Virus record (IMG/VR): IMGVR_UViG_3300011339_000301
Location: 1 to 40,800 of that record
DNA length: 40,800 nucleotides
Strand: one strand, 5' to 3'
Source of the DNA: a virus
Taxonomy: Duplodnaviria; Caudoviricetes
In this document: positions 1-8,621 of the stretch, piece after piece
Layout: each line of letters opens with the position of its first letter
Position numbering within the stretch: the first letter of the stretch is position 1
The notes under the pieces: generated by a model
Told to the model about the DNA's origin: nothing
The model's input: only the letters and a program-made list of their open reading frames with translations
Databases searched by the model: none
Program-made: the position numbers and the translations under genes

Positions 1-984
1 CTCATCAGCCGAATCGCTACTGATCCAATTAGGTCTTTACCTGAATGGGAATCAGCAGAAGAACCATGGCAATTCCTTGCTAGTTGTGATGAGTATTATC
101 ATTGTGTGATCACAGCTGATAGACAATTCACATCCCTGCCTATTGCTGTAGACGCTACCTGTAGTGGTCTCCAGATCTTGGCTGGACTCGCACGGGATAA
201 GTCAACAGCTAAACTTGTAAACGTTCTACCTGGTGATAAACCCCAAGATGCTTACAAGGTAGTAGCTGAGGTAGCAATGCCATCAGTCCCTGAACGCTTA
301 CGTCCTTACCTAGACAGGAAGAAGACCAAGCGCTGTGTTATGACTATCCCATACAATGCTAAGCCTTACTCCAACAGGGGTTACATTAAAGAGGCTTTCT
401 TGGAGGATGGGATAGAACTTGATAAGGAAGAGCTAACTCAAGTTGTTAAAGCTATCAGGTCAGCTATGGATGTGGTCGTACCAGGTCCAATGGCTGTCAT
501 GAAATGGATCGAGGCTGAAGTAGCTGCTGCTGTTAAGCGTGGTGCTCAACATTTGGAATGGGTGACACCATCTGGGTTTGTTGTACACCAAAAGCTCAAC
601 AAGAAGAAGTTCCAGTCTATGGAGCTGCAGCTATTAGGTCGTTGTAAGATGAAGGTGGCGGTAGGGGAGACTGATGAGGTTGACCTCAACCACCACAAGA
701 ATGCAACTGCTCCTAACCTTATCCACTCACTAGATGCTAGCTTGCTACATTTGAGTGTCTTACGCTTTGATGCACCCATTGCTCTCATTCATGATTCTGT
801 GCTTTGCCGTGCAACGGATATGTCCTCCCTGTCTACTATTGTTAGAGAGACATACATGCACCTATTCGCAGAGCATGATTACCTACGAGACTTTGCCCAA
901 TACATTGGAGCAGAGACTGACCCACCGATCATTGGTGATCTAGAACCAGAGACCGTGATCGAATCCACTTACTTCTTTTGTTAA
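1..984 (+). CDS. gp1: T7-like single-subunit RNA polymerase, C-terminal part (5' truncated by window edge)
   Basis: Frame is open from base 1. Motif A DATCSGLQ, motif B RKKTKRCVMTIPY, motif C IHDS, APNLIHSLDA, C-terminal YFFC. Confidence 0.97.
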   Translation, partial: LISRIATDPIRSLPEWESAEEPWQFLASCDEYYHCVITADRQFTSLPIAVDATCSGLQILAGLARDKSTAKLVNVLPGDKPQDAYKVVAEVAMPSVPERLRPYLDRKKTKRCVMTIPYNAKPYSNRGYIKEAFLEDGIELDKEELTQVVKAIRSAMDVVVPGPMAVMKWIEAEVAAAVKRGAQHLEWVTPSGFVVHQKLNKKKFQSMELQLLGRCKMKVAVGETDEVDLNHHKNATAPNLIHSLDASLLHLSVLRFDAPIALIHDSVLCRATDMSSLSTIVRETYMHLFAEHDYLRDFAQYIGAETDPPIIGDLEPETVIESTYFFC

Positions 985-1565
985 TGTCACAACCCATCCA
1001 CGTTACTCAACAGCCTGTTGTCCTTGAAGGTTATCAAGCTGTACTGAAACCATCTAAGTTTGGCTACTCACTGTCTGCACTCCTGGACTCCCAGCTTATC
1101 GAAGCATTGGAGGAGGATCGCAAAGAAACACTCAAGTGGGCAGAGTCCAAACTAAAGAACCCCAAGCGTAGTGTCCTCAAGCCTGAACCATGGGAAGAGG
1201 TAACTGAAGGTTCCTATAAGACTAAGTTCTCCTGGAATGAAGAGAACCGTCCTCCTGTCGTAGATAGTGAGGGCACGCCTATCACTAACCGTGATCTGCC
1301 TGTCTACAGTGGTAGTAAGGTAAAGCTTGCCTTCCGCCAAAAGCCCTACATCCTCAAGGATGGTGTCACCTATGGCACTAGCCTTAAGCTTGTTGGTGTA
1401 CAGATCGTAGAGCTTGGTGGTGCTGCTGGCATTGATCGCGGTGACCTTGGTGATACTGAAGTAGCTGCACTGTTTGGTCAGACCACTGGCTTCAAGGCTA
1501 GCTCTGTACCTACTACTGCCACTGCTGATGTGGTTGAGGATGTCGTAGAGGATGATGACTTCTGA
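984..1565 (+). CDS. ssb: ssDNA-binding protein (T7 gp2.5-like)
   Basis: TAATG coupling to RNAP; GS.VKLAF..KPY...G.SLKL.GVQ core; acidic tail ending DDDF; synteny. Confidence 0.9.
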   Translation: MSQPIHVTQQPVVLEGYQAVLKPSKFGYSLSALLDSQLIEALEEDRKETLKWAESKLKNPKRSVLKPEPWEEVTEGSYKTKFSWNEENRPPVVDSEGTPITNRDLPVYSGSKVKLAFRQKPYILKDGVTYGTSLKLVGVQIVELGGAAGIDRGDLGDTEVAALFGQTTGFKASSVPTTATADVVEDVVEDDDF

Positions 1566-1918
1566 TGGCATTCCGCTCGGGACTTGAAGAGAAGGTCGCT
1601 GATCTTCTCACCAACCTGGGTGTGAAGTACGAATACGAATCAACTAAGGTGCCTTACGTACTGCAATGTAACTATACGCCAGACTTCCTCCTACCTAACG
1701 GTATCTATCTAGAGACCAAGGGTCAACTAACGGAGGAGGATAGGCGTAAGATGAAAGCAGTTAAGTCTGCACATCCTGACCTTGACATTCGTTTCGTATT
1801 TCAATCACCCCACAATAAGATCTACAAAGGATCTAAGACCACCTACGCTAAGTGGTGTGAGAAGCATGGCTTCCAATACTGTTCGTTCCACTCGATACCT
1901 ATTTCATGGCTGACGTAA
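1565..1918 (+). CDS. gp3: Endonuclease I / Holliday junction resolvase (gp3-like)
   Basis: FRSGLE, YTPDF.LPNGI..ETKG and DIRFVF motifs. Confidence 0.95.
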   Translation: MAFRSGLEEKVADLLTNLGVKYEYESTKVPYVLQCNYTPDFLLPNGIYLETKGQLTEEDRRKMKAVKSAHPDLDIRFVFQSPHNKIYKGSKTTYAKWCEKHGFQYCSFHSIPISWLT

Positions 1919-2052
1919 ATAAAATCAGGCAGGTTGTTGCTGCTCTGATTGACGCCTTTGATAGCACAAGTTCACCTAATGATATCATCGAAGCCTTCGA
2001 GGAAGAACTCGATGCTTACGAAGAACTGATCCAAAGTTACCACCAAAAGTAA
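1906..2052 (+). CDS. Hypothetical acidic protein, 48 aa (MADVNKIRQ...YHQK); not in ORF track
   Basis: Hand-translated; fills the gap, and its TAA overlaps the next ATG (TAATG). Confidence 0.7.
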   Translation: MADVNKIRQVVAALIDAFDSTSSPNDIIEAFEEELDAYEELIQSYHQK

Positions 2053-2261
2053 TGCGCCCCACACAATACGGTACAGTTGAATTCTACTCTGATATGTTTG
2101 GTGATCTGCTAGCTGATGTGCAGTCAGACGATCCCACTACTACGGAGAACATCATTCAAGGTTTCTATCAAGCACTAGACTCATGGTTCGAGTATCACGA
2201 TGAGCAAGCACGAACTTATGCAGACATCCGAAAGCGAGTTCGTCAGGCACTTACCGTGTGA
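2052..2261 (+). CDS. Hypothetical protein, 69 aa
   Basis: Coupled start; fills the gap before primase. Confidence 0.7.
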   Translation: MRPTQYGTVEFYSDMFGDLLADVQSDDPTTTENIIQGFYQALDSWFEYHDEQARTYADIRKRVRQALTV

Positions 2262-3792
2262 TACCTGTGGGTCATCTGATGCAGCTAGTCTGTACACAGA
2301 TGGCCACACTTTTTGTTTCTCATGTAACGCCTACACCAAAGGTGATGGCGACGTTCACACTCATAAAATGTCCACCAATGTCCAACTCCGAGGTTCAGCC
2401 GAGCGGCTGCAAAAGCGGAACATCTCTGAAAAGGTTTGCCAACAATACCGCATCTACAAAGACGGAGACGTTTTACGCTTCTATTATTTCGACGATGCTG
2501 GAGTCGCTAAAGGCTGCAAGGTAAAGACAAAGAGCAAGCTATTCACTTATGAGGGAGAAACACCTGGAACACTCTTTGGACAACATTTGTTTCCCGCCAC
2601 TGGAAAACGAGTCGTTATCACTGAGGGGGAACTCGATGCAGCTTCATGTAGTGAGGCTATGCCGGGGTGGCCGATGGTATCTCTACCTAGCGGTGCCGCA
2701 GCGGCCAGGAAGTCGATTCAACGGGCTCTCCAATGGCTCCAGGGTTATGAGGAGATTGTCCTGTTCTTCGACAATGACGAGGCAGGCCGTAAAGCGTCGG
2801 AGGACGCGGCAGGGGTCCTACCACCTGGCAAGACAAAGATCGCAAGACTTGAGGAATACAAGGATGCGTCAGACGCTCTCCAGGTCAATGACACTGAGGC
2901 GATTCGTCGAGCTATTTGGGACGCGAAGCCTTACCGTCCAGACGGAATTATAGATGGTAAAAGTCTACTAGAAATAGTAACTACCCCTAATCCACCGTCA
3001 GATCATGACTATCCATTTCAAGGACTTCAATCAAAACTTCACGGGATCAGGTATGGAGAGCTTGTCACAATTACTGCTGGGTCAGGGATTGGGAAATCGT
3101 CCTTTTGCCGCGAACTCGCAACTAACTTACTTAGTAGAGGAGAACGGGTTGGTTACTTGGCACTTGAAGAATCTAATCGTCGTACCGCTCTCGGACTGAT
3201 GTCCGCTGCTGTTGGTAAATCACTTCACCTTGGTAACCATGACCGAACTGCCCTCACCGAAGCTTATAATCACAGTCTTGCTAAGTGGAACCTGTTTCTT
3301 TTTGATGGCTTCGGTTCTTTCGACCCAGACGTTATCTATAACCGAATTGAATACCTTGCTTGCGGGTTAGATACTAAAGTCATCTTCCTTGACCACCTCT
3401 CAATCCTGATGTCTGGACTAGAGGGTGATGAAAGGAGAATGATTGATGTTACTATGACCAAGTTACGTTCTCTTGTAGAGCGTACAGGTATTGCTATGTT
3501 CCTTGTATCTCACCTACGACGCACATCCAATGACACAAATCATGAAGAAGGAGCACGAGTTACCCTTGGACAACTTCGAGGTTCGGCAGCTATTGCTCAA
3601 TTGTCAGATGGAGTTATTGCGCTTGAACGGAACCAGCAGGCGGATCGAGGAGGCTCTTCAACGACTGTGCGAGTCCTCAAAAACCGTTATAGTGGGGAAG
3701 TAGGTGTAGCTTGTCAGCTAACCTATGACCTTGATACTTGTAAATTCACTGAGACTGAAGCTAATGACTTCGACCCAACGACAGACTTTTGA
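2200..3792 (+). CDS. gp4: DNA primase/helicase (gp4-like)
   Basis: Cys4 zinc ribbon CDTC..CFSC; TOPRIM TEGELDA and FDND; Walker A GSGIGKS; DHLS; LKNRY.G. Start could be 2218. Confidence 0.97.
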   Translation: MSKHELMQTSESEFVRHLPCDTCGSSDAASLYTDGHTFCFSCNAYTKGDGDVHTHKMSTNVQLRGSAERLQKRNISEKVCQQYRIYKDGDVLRFYYFDDAGVAKGCKVKTKSKLFTYEGETPGTLFGQHLFPATGKRVVITEGELDAASCSEAMPGWPMVSLPSGAAAARKSIQRALQWLQGYEEIVLFFDNDEAGRKASEDAAGVLPPGKTKIARLEEYKDASDALQVNDTEAIRRAIWDAKPYRPDGIIDGKSLLEIVTTPNPPSDHDYPFQGLQSKLHGIRYGELVTITAGSGIGKSSFCRELATNLLSRGERVGYLALEESNRRTALGLMSAAVGKSLHLGNHDRTALTEAYNHSLAKWNLFLFDGFGSFDPDVIYNRIEYLACGLDTKVIFLDHLSILMSGLEGDERRMIDVTMTKLRSLVERTGIAMFLVSHLRRTSNDTNHEEGARVTLGQLRGSAAIAQLSDGVIALERNQQADRGGSSTTVRVLKNRYSGEVGVACQLTYDLDTCKFTETEANDFDPTTDF

Positions 3793-3898
3793 ATCACCAC
3801 ATCAGCAAGCTATGTTGACTAAACCAAACCCACCTACTCCTGAGGCAATCAAACGAGCACAGTTTGTTGATAAGACCTACAAGTGGACTGGTAAGTGA
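3764..3898 (+). CDS. Hypothetical protein, 44 aa (MTSTQRQ...PNPPTPEAIKRAQFVDKTYKWTGK); not in ORF track
   Basis: Hand-translated; TGA overlaps the GTG of the polymerase exonuclease ORF (GTGA). Start uncertain. Confidence 0.6.
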   Translation: MTSTQRQTFESPHQQAMLTKPNPPTPEAIKRAQFVDKTYKWTGK

Positions 3899-4413
3899 AC
3901 CTGATCTTTGACTTAGAAACAGACGGCCTATACAATGATGCTACCAAGATCCACTGTATCGGCATCTATGATCTTGACACTGAACAGACTCTTGTCTTCA
4001 ATGATGAAGGTGATGCGCAGCCGATTACAAAAGGTGTCCAATTACTTGAGGATGCCTGTTGCCTTATTGGCCATAATATTGTCGGCTATGATCTTCCTGT
4101 TATCCGTAAACTCTATCCTTGGTTTACCCACAACGCTAGGGTTGTGGATACTTTGGTTCTCAGCCGTATTTATCACGCTGATATGTTGAAGACTGATCAA
4201 AAGCGTAAGTGGGGTAACATGCCTCCTAAACTTCTTGGTCGTCATTCACTAGAGTCCTATGGGTATAGGTTAGGTGTCTACAAGGGAGAGTTTGGTAAGG
4301 ACACTGACTGGAAGAACTGGTCGCAAGAAATGCAGGACTACTGCATACAAGACGTAAAAGTAACACAGAAGTTATGGCAACATTTCCACCCATACCTGAC
4401 TTCATCCAACTAG
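3895..4413 (+). CDS. gp5: DNA polymerase family A, 3'-5' exonuclease domain (N-terminal half of split gp5)
   Basis: ExoI FDLETDG, ExoII GHNIVGYD, HSLESYGYRLG, ExoIII YCIQDV. Confidence 0.93.
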   Translation: MNLIFDLETDGLYNDATKIHCIGIYDLDTEQTLVFNDEGDAQPITKGVQLLEDACCLIGHNIVGYDLPVIRKLYPWFTHNARVVDTLVLSRIYHADMLKTDQKRKWGNMPPKLLGRHSLESYGYRLGVYKGEFGKDTDWKNWSQEMQDYCIQDVKVTQKLWQHFHPYLTSSN

Positions 4414-5654
4414 AACATGATGTCGCAACAATCCTCACCCAGCAAGAGATACATGGGTGGTACTTTGATGAAAGAGCTGCATGGGAACTTGAATCGACTC
4501 TCAGACGAGAGCTTGAAGGACTTACTCAGCTACTACGCAACCGGTACCCTCTCATTAAAGACAGAGAGTTCACTCCTAAACGAGTTAACCGCACAACTGG
4601 ATACGTCGCAGGAGCTCCTCTCACTAAACTAAAGGAGTTCAACCCTGGTAGTCGTGATCACATTGCATGGGTCATGAAGAACCATCATGGTTGGATCCCA
4701 GATAAAGAAACAGCAAGTGGCAAGACTGCCATTGATGAGACTGTTCTTAAAGATATAGGGACAGAGGAGGCATTACAGTTCTTTCGTTGCCTTGAGCTCA
4801 CTAAACAACTAGGTATGCTATCTGAGGGCAACAACGCTTGGCTTAAGCTAGTCAAGGGTAACCGTATTCACCACCACTGTTCGGTTGCTACTAACACACA
4901 CAGGTGTGCACACCGTAACCCAAACCTTGCACAAGTACCAAGTGGTCTTAACTTTAGAAAGTTATTTTGTGCTAGCCCTGGACATGTCATGGTTGGCGCT
5001 GATCTCGCAGGCATTGAACTTAGAATGCTCGCACACTACCTTGCCAGATATGATGGAGGCCGCTACGGAGATGTTCTTCTCAACGGTGACATACACCAAG
5101 AGAACGCCGACAAGATAGGCATATCGAGGCGACTAGTAAAGACTGTTACCTATGCGTTTCTGTATGGGGCAGGTGATCAAAAGATTGGACTTAGTTATGA
5201 CCAAAGCTTATCCCCGAACAAGGCAAAAGAAAAGGGGGCAGAGATACGAGCTGCTTATGTTGCTGCCATTGACGGCCTGGATAGTCTTCTTACCGCTGTT
5301 CGTCAAGCAGGTGAGCGAGGCTTTATCAGGTCCATAGATACACGGAAGATACCTGTAGATAGTCCACACAAGGCTCTCAATTACTTGCTCCAGTCAGGGG
5401 CAGGTGTTGTGGCTAAGCGGTGGATGGTTATTGCTAATCAGAACTTCCCAACCATTGATAATGACTATCTTAGTCACACTCACCAACTAGCATTTATCCA
5501 CGACGAATTGCAGTGGGAATGCTTACCAACTTATGCAGAGGATCTCAAGGATCACCTAGAGATGTGTGCTGCACTAGCTGGCGAATACTACAACCTCCGA
5601 ATCCCTATCGCTGCCGAGGGTAAGATCGGATCCACCTGGGCAGATGTACACTAA
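4374..5654 (+). CDS. gp5: DNA polymerase family A, polymerase domain (C-terminal half of split gp5)
   Basis: FNPGSR, PNLAQVP, motif A DLAGIELR, motif B KTVTYAFLYG, motif C IHDE. Confidence 0.95.
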   Translation: MATFPPIPDFIQLEHDVATILTQQEIHGWYFDERAAWELESTLRRELEGLTQLLRNRYPLIKDREFTPKRVNRTTGYVAGAPLTKLKEFNPGSRDHIAWVMKNHHGWIPDKETASGKTAIDETVLKDIGTEEALQFFRCLELTKQLGMLSEGNNAWLKLVKGNRIHHHCSVATNTHRCAHRNPNLAQVPSGLNFRKLFCASPGHVMVGADLAGIELRMLAHYLARYDGGRYGDVLLNGDIHQENADKIGISRRLVKTVTYAFLYGAGDQKIGLSYDQSLSPNKAKEKGAEIRAAYVAAIDGLDSLLTAVRQAGERGFIRSIDTRKIPVDSPHKALNYLLQSGAGVVAKRWMVIANQNFPTIDNDYLSHTHQLAFIHDELQWECLPTYAEDLKDHLEMCAALAGEYYNLRIPIAAEGKIGSTWADVH

Positions 5655-5656
5655 TT

Positions 5657-5794
5657 ATGGCTGTTAAATCAAAGACTGCACTTGGACGTGTAGAGTTTAA
5701 GTCCCGTGCTAAATACAAACGTACCCGACAAGGTAACGGTACACGCTCACTACCATCTCATGGACGCAAACTGCGTAGGGGTCAGGGTAAGTGA
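5657..5794 (+). CDS. Small basic protein, 45 aa (MAVKSKTALG...LRRGQGK); not in ORF track
   Basis: Hand-translated; fills the pol-exonuclease gap exactly, with GTGA overlap. Confidence 0.75.
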   Translation: MAVKSKTALGRVEFKSRAKYKRTRQGNGTRSLPSHGRKLRRGQGK

Positions 5795-6558
5795 GCCTAC
5801 TCATTGATGCTGACTTTATCGTCTATAAATGTTGTGCCGGAGCTGAAACAGAAATTGACTTTGGAGAAGACCTTATCGTCGTCACCTCCAACTTCAATGA
5901 AGCCTATGAGTACGTTGAACGGGAACTCTATAACATCGCAACAGACCTTGGATGTTTCGATGACTCTATTTTGTTTTTTAGTGATAGCATCAACTTTCGT
6001 AAATCTATTGATCCAGCGTATAAAGGACATCGAAATCGAAAGAAACCGTGTGGCTACAAAAGAGTCATCAATAAACTCAAGGAGAACTACAACGTTGTTA
6101 TAATGCCCACACTAGAGGCTGATGATGCCCTTGGTATCTACGCCACTAAAGAACCCGGACACATCCTCTGCAGCCCTGATAAGGACATGCGGCAGATACC
6201 TGGTGATCTCTATGACCTAACTGATGGGGTGGTTACTATAGAGCCTGAGGAAGGCCGTAGATGGCACCTTATCCAGACACTTGCTGGTGATCAAACAGAT
6301 GGTTATGCTGGTGTACCTGGTATTGGTATTAAACGTGCTGTTGCTCTCTTTGAAAAAGAAGGCTACACTTGGGATACAGTAGTTAAAGCATTTGCTGAGA
6401 AGGATCTTGGAGAAGATGTAGCTCTCATGAATGCACGCCTCGCTAAGATTCTACAATGTGATGACTATGATTTCACCAATCAAGAACCAAGACTTTGGTC
6501 TCCCAGCCCCAGTAATGGAGCTGACAATGGAGCAGCAGTTCAAACTCAAACAGATTGA
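5791..6558 (+). CDS. gp6: 5'-3' exonuclease (gp6-like)
   Basis: LIDAD, YKGHR, LEADD, SPDKD, GDQTDGY.G.PGIG motifs. Confidence 0.95.
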   Translation: MSLLIDADFIVYKCCAGAETEIDFGEDLIVVTSNFNEAYEYVERELYNIATDLGCFDDSILFFSDSINFRKSIDPAYKGHRNRKKPCGYKRVINKLKENYNVVIMPTLEADDALGIYATKEPGHILCSPDKDMRQIPGDLYDLTDGVVTIEPEEGRRWHLIQTLAGDQTDGYAGVPGIGIKRAVALFEKEGYTWDTVVKAFAEKDLGEDVALMNARLAKILQCDDYDFTNQEPRLWSPSPSNGADNGAAVQTQTD

Positions 6559-6754
6559 GAATGCACTGCGTCACTCAGAAACAAAGTTAGAAGATGTAAT
6601 CACTATCTTCATGGCACTACAACGCCAAAACTTCACTCTCTGCAACACAGTATCCAACCTAGTCAAGAAATGGCCAACTCCAGTTCCTACGGCCCAACCT
6701 ACTACAAGCGAGGGTCGATTCAAGTTTGGGACTTCATCCGAGACCAAGGACTGA
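6431..6754 (+). CDS. nblA: NblA-like phycobilisome degradation adaptor (start uncertain; several in-frame Met codons)
   Basis: ELTMEQQF.L matches the NblA L(S/T)xEQxF signature; two amphipathic helices ending LVKKW; overlaps the exonuclease 3' end. Confidence 0.75.
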   Translation: MHASLRFYNVMTMISPIKNQDFGLPAPVMELTMEQQFKLKQIENALRHSETKLEDVITIFMALQRQNFTLCNTVSNLVKKWPTPVPTAQPTTSEGRFKFGTSSETKD

Positions 6755-6969
6755 ATTTCCATCTTGGCAATGCAATCAAATATATCTGCCGTGCTGGCTA
6801 TAAAGACAGCAAAGTAGAAGATCTTAAAAAAGCAATCCACTATCTTCAAAATGAGCTTGAAAGCGAAGTCCTTTCTCAGTATCCAAGCAAAGGAATTCCG
6901 GAGAAGTTTCCGGGTCAAGAACAGTACGAGTCCAGCTTCACGGACTATGCAGCGGACTTTGATCGTTGA
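6670..6969 (+). CDS. DUF3310 / gp1.7-like protein
   Basis: P.YY..G.I...DFI....L.F.LGNAIKY..RAG.K....EDLKKA..YL pattern. Confidence 0.8.
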   Translation: MANSSSYGPTYYKRGSIQVWDFIRDQGLNFHLGNAIKYICRAGYKDSKVEDLKKAIHYLQNELESEVLSQYPSKGIPEKFPGQEQYESSFTDYAADFDR

Positions 6970-7240
6970 GGAATTCAAAGAGTTTCTTGAAGCTGAAAAC
7001 CAGCTACTTACAGGATTCGTAGTTAATGCTACCGATACCCTGAAAGAGTTAGCTGATCTTGTCTATGTCTGCTATCAATACGCAGAAAACCTTGGTTGGG
7101 ATCTCGATGAAGCTCTCAACCGTGTCCACCGAAGCAATATGAGTAAGCTTGGGGAGGACGGAGAACCTGTTTACCGAGAGGATGGTAAAGTCCTTAAGGG
7201 ACCTAATTACGAACCACCAAACCTTAGTGACCTTGTCTAG
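6851..7240 (+). CDS. MazG-like all-alpha NTP pyrophosphohydrolase
   Basis: EEFKE, KELADLVYV, VH.SNMSK, REDGKVLKGPNY.PP. Confidence 0.85.
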   Translation: MSLKAKSFLSIQAKEFRRSFRVKNSTSPASRTMQRTLIVEEFKEFLEAENQLLTGFVVNATDTLKELADLVYVCYQYAENLGWDLDEALNRVHRSNMSKLGEDGEPVYREDGKVLKGPNYEPPNLSDLV

Positions 7241-7241
7241 T

Positions 7242-8621
7242 ATGCCTGCCACCGACCTTATTGCCCGCACTGGGCGTGTTCAATCTTGGATCGATGATCC
7301 TACCTCACGACTCCCTGTGTCGTGTACAGTATTTGTTGTAGAGGACACCATGGAGGGTCCCAATGGAATCGAAGCATCTTGGCGATTTGTTTCGCACGCT
7401 CTACGCTATGGAGCGGGAGTTGCAGTCCATCTATCTAAACTCCGGCCACGAGGAGAGGAGAATGATAAAGGCTTGGTTGCATCAGGCCCCGTATCTTTTG
7501 CCAAGATCTACTCAACACTAAATGAGATCCTTCGTCGTGGAGGTATCTACAAGAATGGAGCTGTTGTACTGCACCTTGATCTTAACCATCCTGATGTGCT
7601 GGAGTTTATTACTGCTCTCCGCTCTGATCTGCCTTGGGTTAAACGCTGTGTCAACATTAATCGCCCGTGGTGGGAAGCAACCACTCCAGAGGTACGAGAA
7701 GCTCTCCTTGAAGGAATCAAAAAGGGTGACATCTGGCTCAATAAAACAAAGGTAGACAAGAATGGAAATCGAATCAGGGGTAACGTTTGCCTGGAAGTAT
7801 ACCTGCCATCACGAGGAACCTGTCTACTTCAACATGTTAACCTCGGCGGATGTGAACTCAATGACATTCAAGGTGCGTTCGTTCACGGAATGTCCGAACT
7901 GTGCTCACTTCACGGAAAAACAAATGTTGGCGAAAGCGGAGAATACCTACCTTCAAGCACAGATCGCCAAGTTGGTCTCGGATTGCTGGGACTTGCCAAC
8001 CTTTTGAGGCGTTACAACGTTACCTATGAAGTGTTTGGTAAGGCTCTCAAGGATATCAATGATGGACAGATGGCACAGACACCTGCCCATATCCTTGCAG
8101 CTGAGATCAATGCTGGCGTGACTGCAGCGGCACACACCGCCCGTATCAACAAGATGGACCGAGCGTTTGCCATTGCACCTACAGCATCTTGCAGTTATCG
8201 ATACAAAGATCTGGATGGGTATACTACTTGTCCTGAGATTGCTCCTCCTATTGCCCGCCAAGTTGACCGTGATAGCGGTACCTTCGGCGTCCAGAGCTTC
8301 GACTATGGTGATGTAGAGATCGCCTCTGAAGTTGGCTGGGAGAACTACAAGCGAGTTGCGGATGAGATTGTCCGTATGCTCGATAAGACGGGTCTTCTTC
8401 ATGGATACTCATTCAACTCGTGGTCTGATGTGATCACGTATGATGAGGACTTCATTGAGGAGTGGCTGGATAGCCCCCAAACATCTCTTTACTACTCACT
8501 CCAAGTGATGGGAGACGTTCAGGATAAATCCAGCGCATATGCAGCACTGGATGAAGCTGAAGTCGATGATTACCTGGAGTCTATTCTTAACTCAGCTCCT
8601 GATTGTAATTGCGGCGAATGA
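7242..8621 (+). CDS. nrdA: Ribonucleotide reductase large (alpha) subunit, compact class I cyanopodovirus type
   Basis: VSC, NVCLE (NxCxE), APTASCS, SLYY tyrosine dyad, C-terminal CNC. ATG 7242 lies just after the MazG-like stop. Confidence 0.88.
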   Translation: MPATDLIARTGRVQSWIDDPTSRLPVSCTVFVVEDTMEGPNGIEASWRFVSHALRYGAGVAVHLSKLRPRGEENDKGLVASGPVSFAKIYSTLNEILRRGGIYKNGAVVLHLDLNHPDVLEFITALRSDLPWVKRCVNINRPWWEATTPEVREALLEGIKKGDIWLNKTKVDKNGNRIRGNVCLEVYLPSRGTCLLQHVNLGGCELNDIQGAFVHGMSELCSLHGKTNVGESGEYLPSSTDRQVGLGLLGLANLLRRYNVTYEVFGKALKDINDGQMAQTPAHILAAEINAGVTAAAHTARINKMDRAFAIAPTASCSYRYKDLDGYTTCPEIAPPIARQVDRDSGTFGVQSFDYGDVEIASEVGWENYKRVADEIVRMLDKTGLLHGYSFNSWSDVITYDEDFIEEWLDSPQTSLYYSLQVMGDVQDKSSAYAALDEAEVDDYLESILNSAPDCNCGE

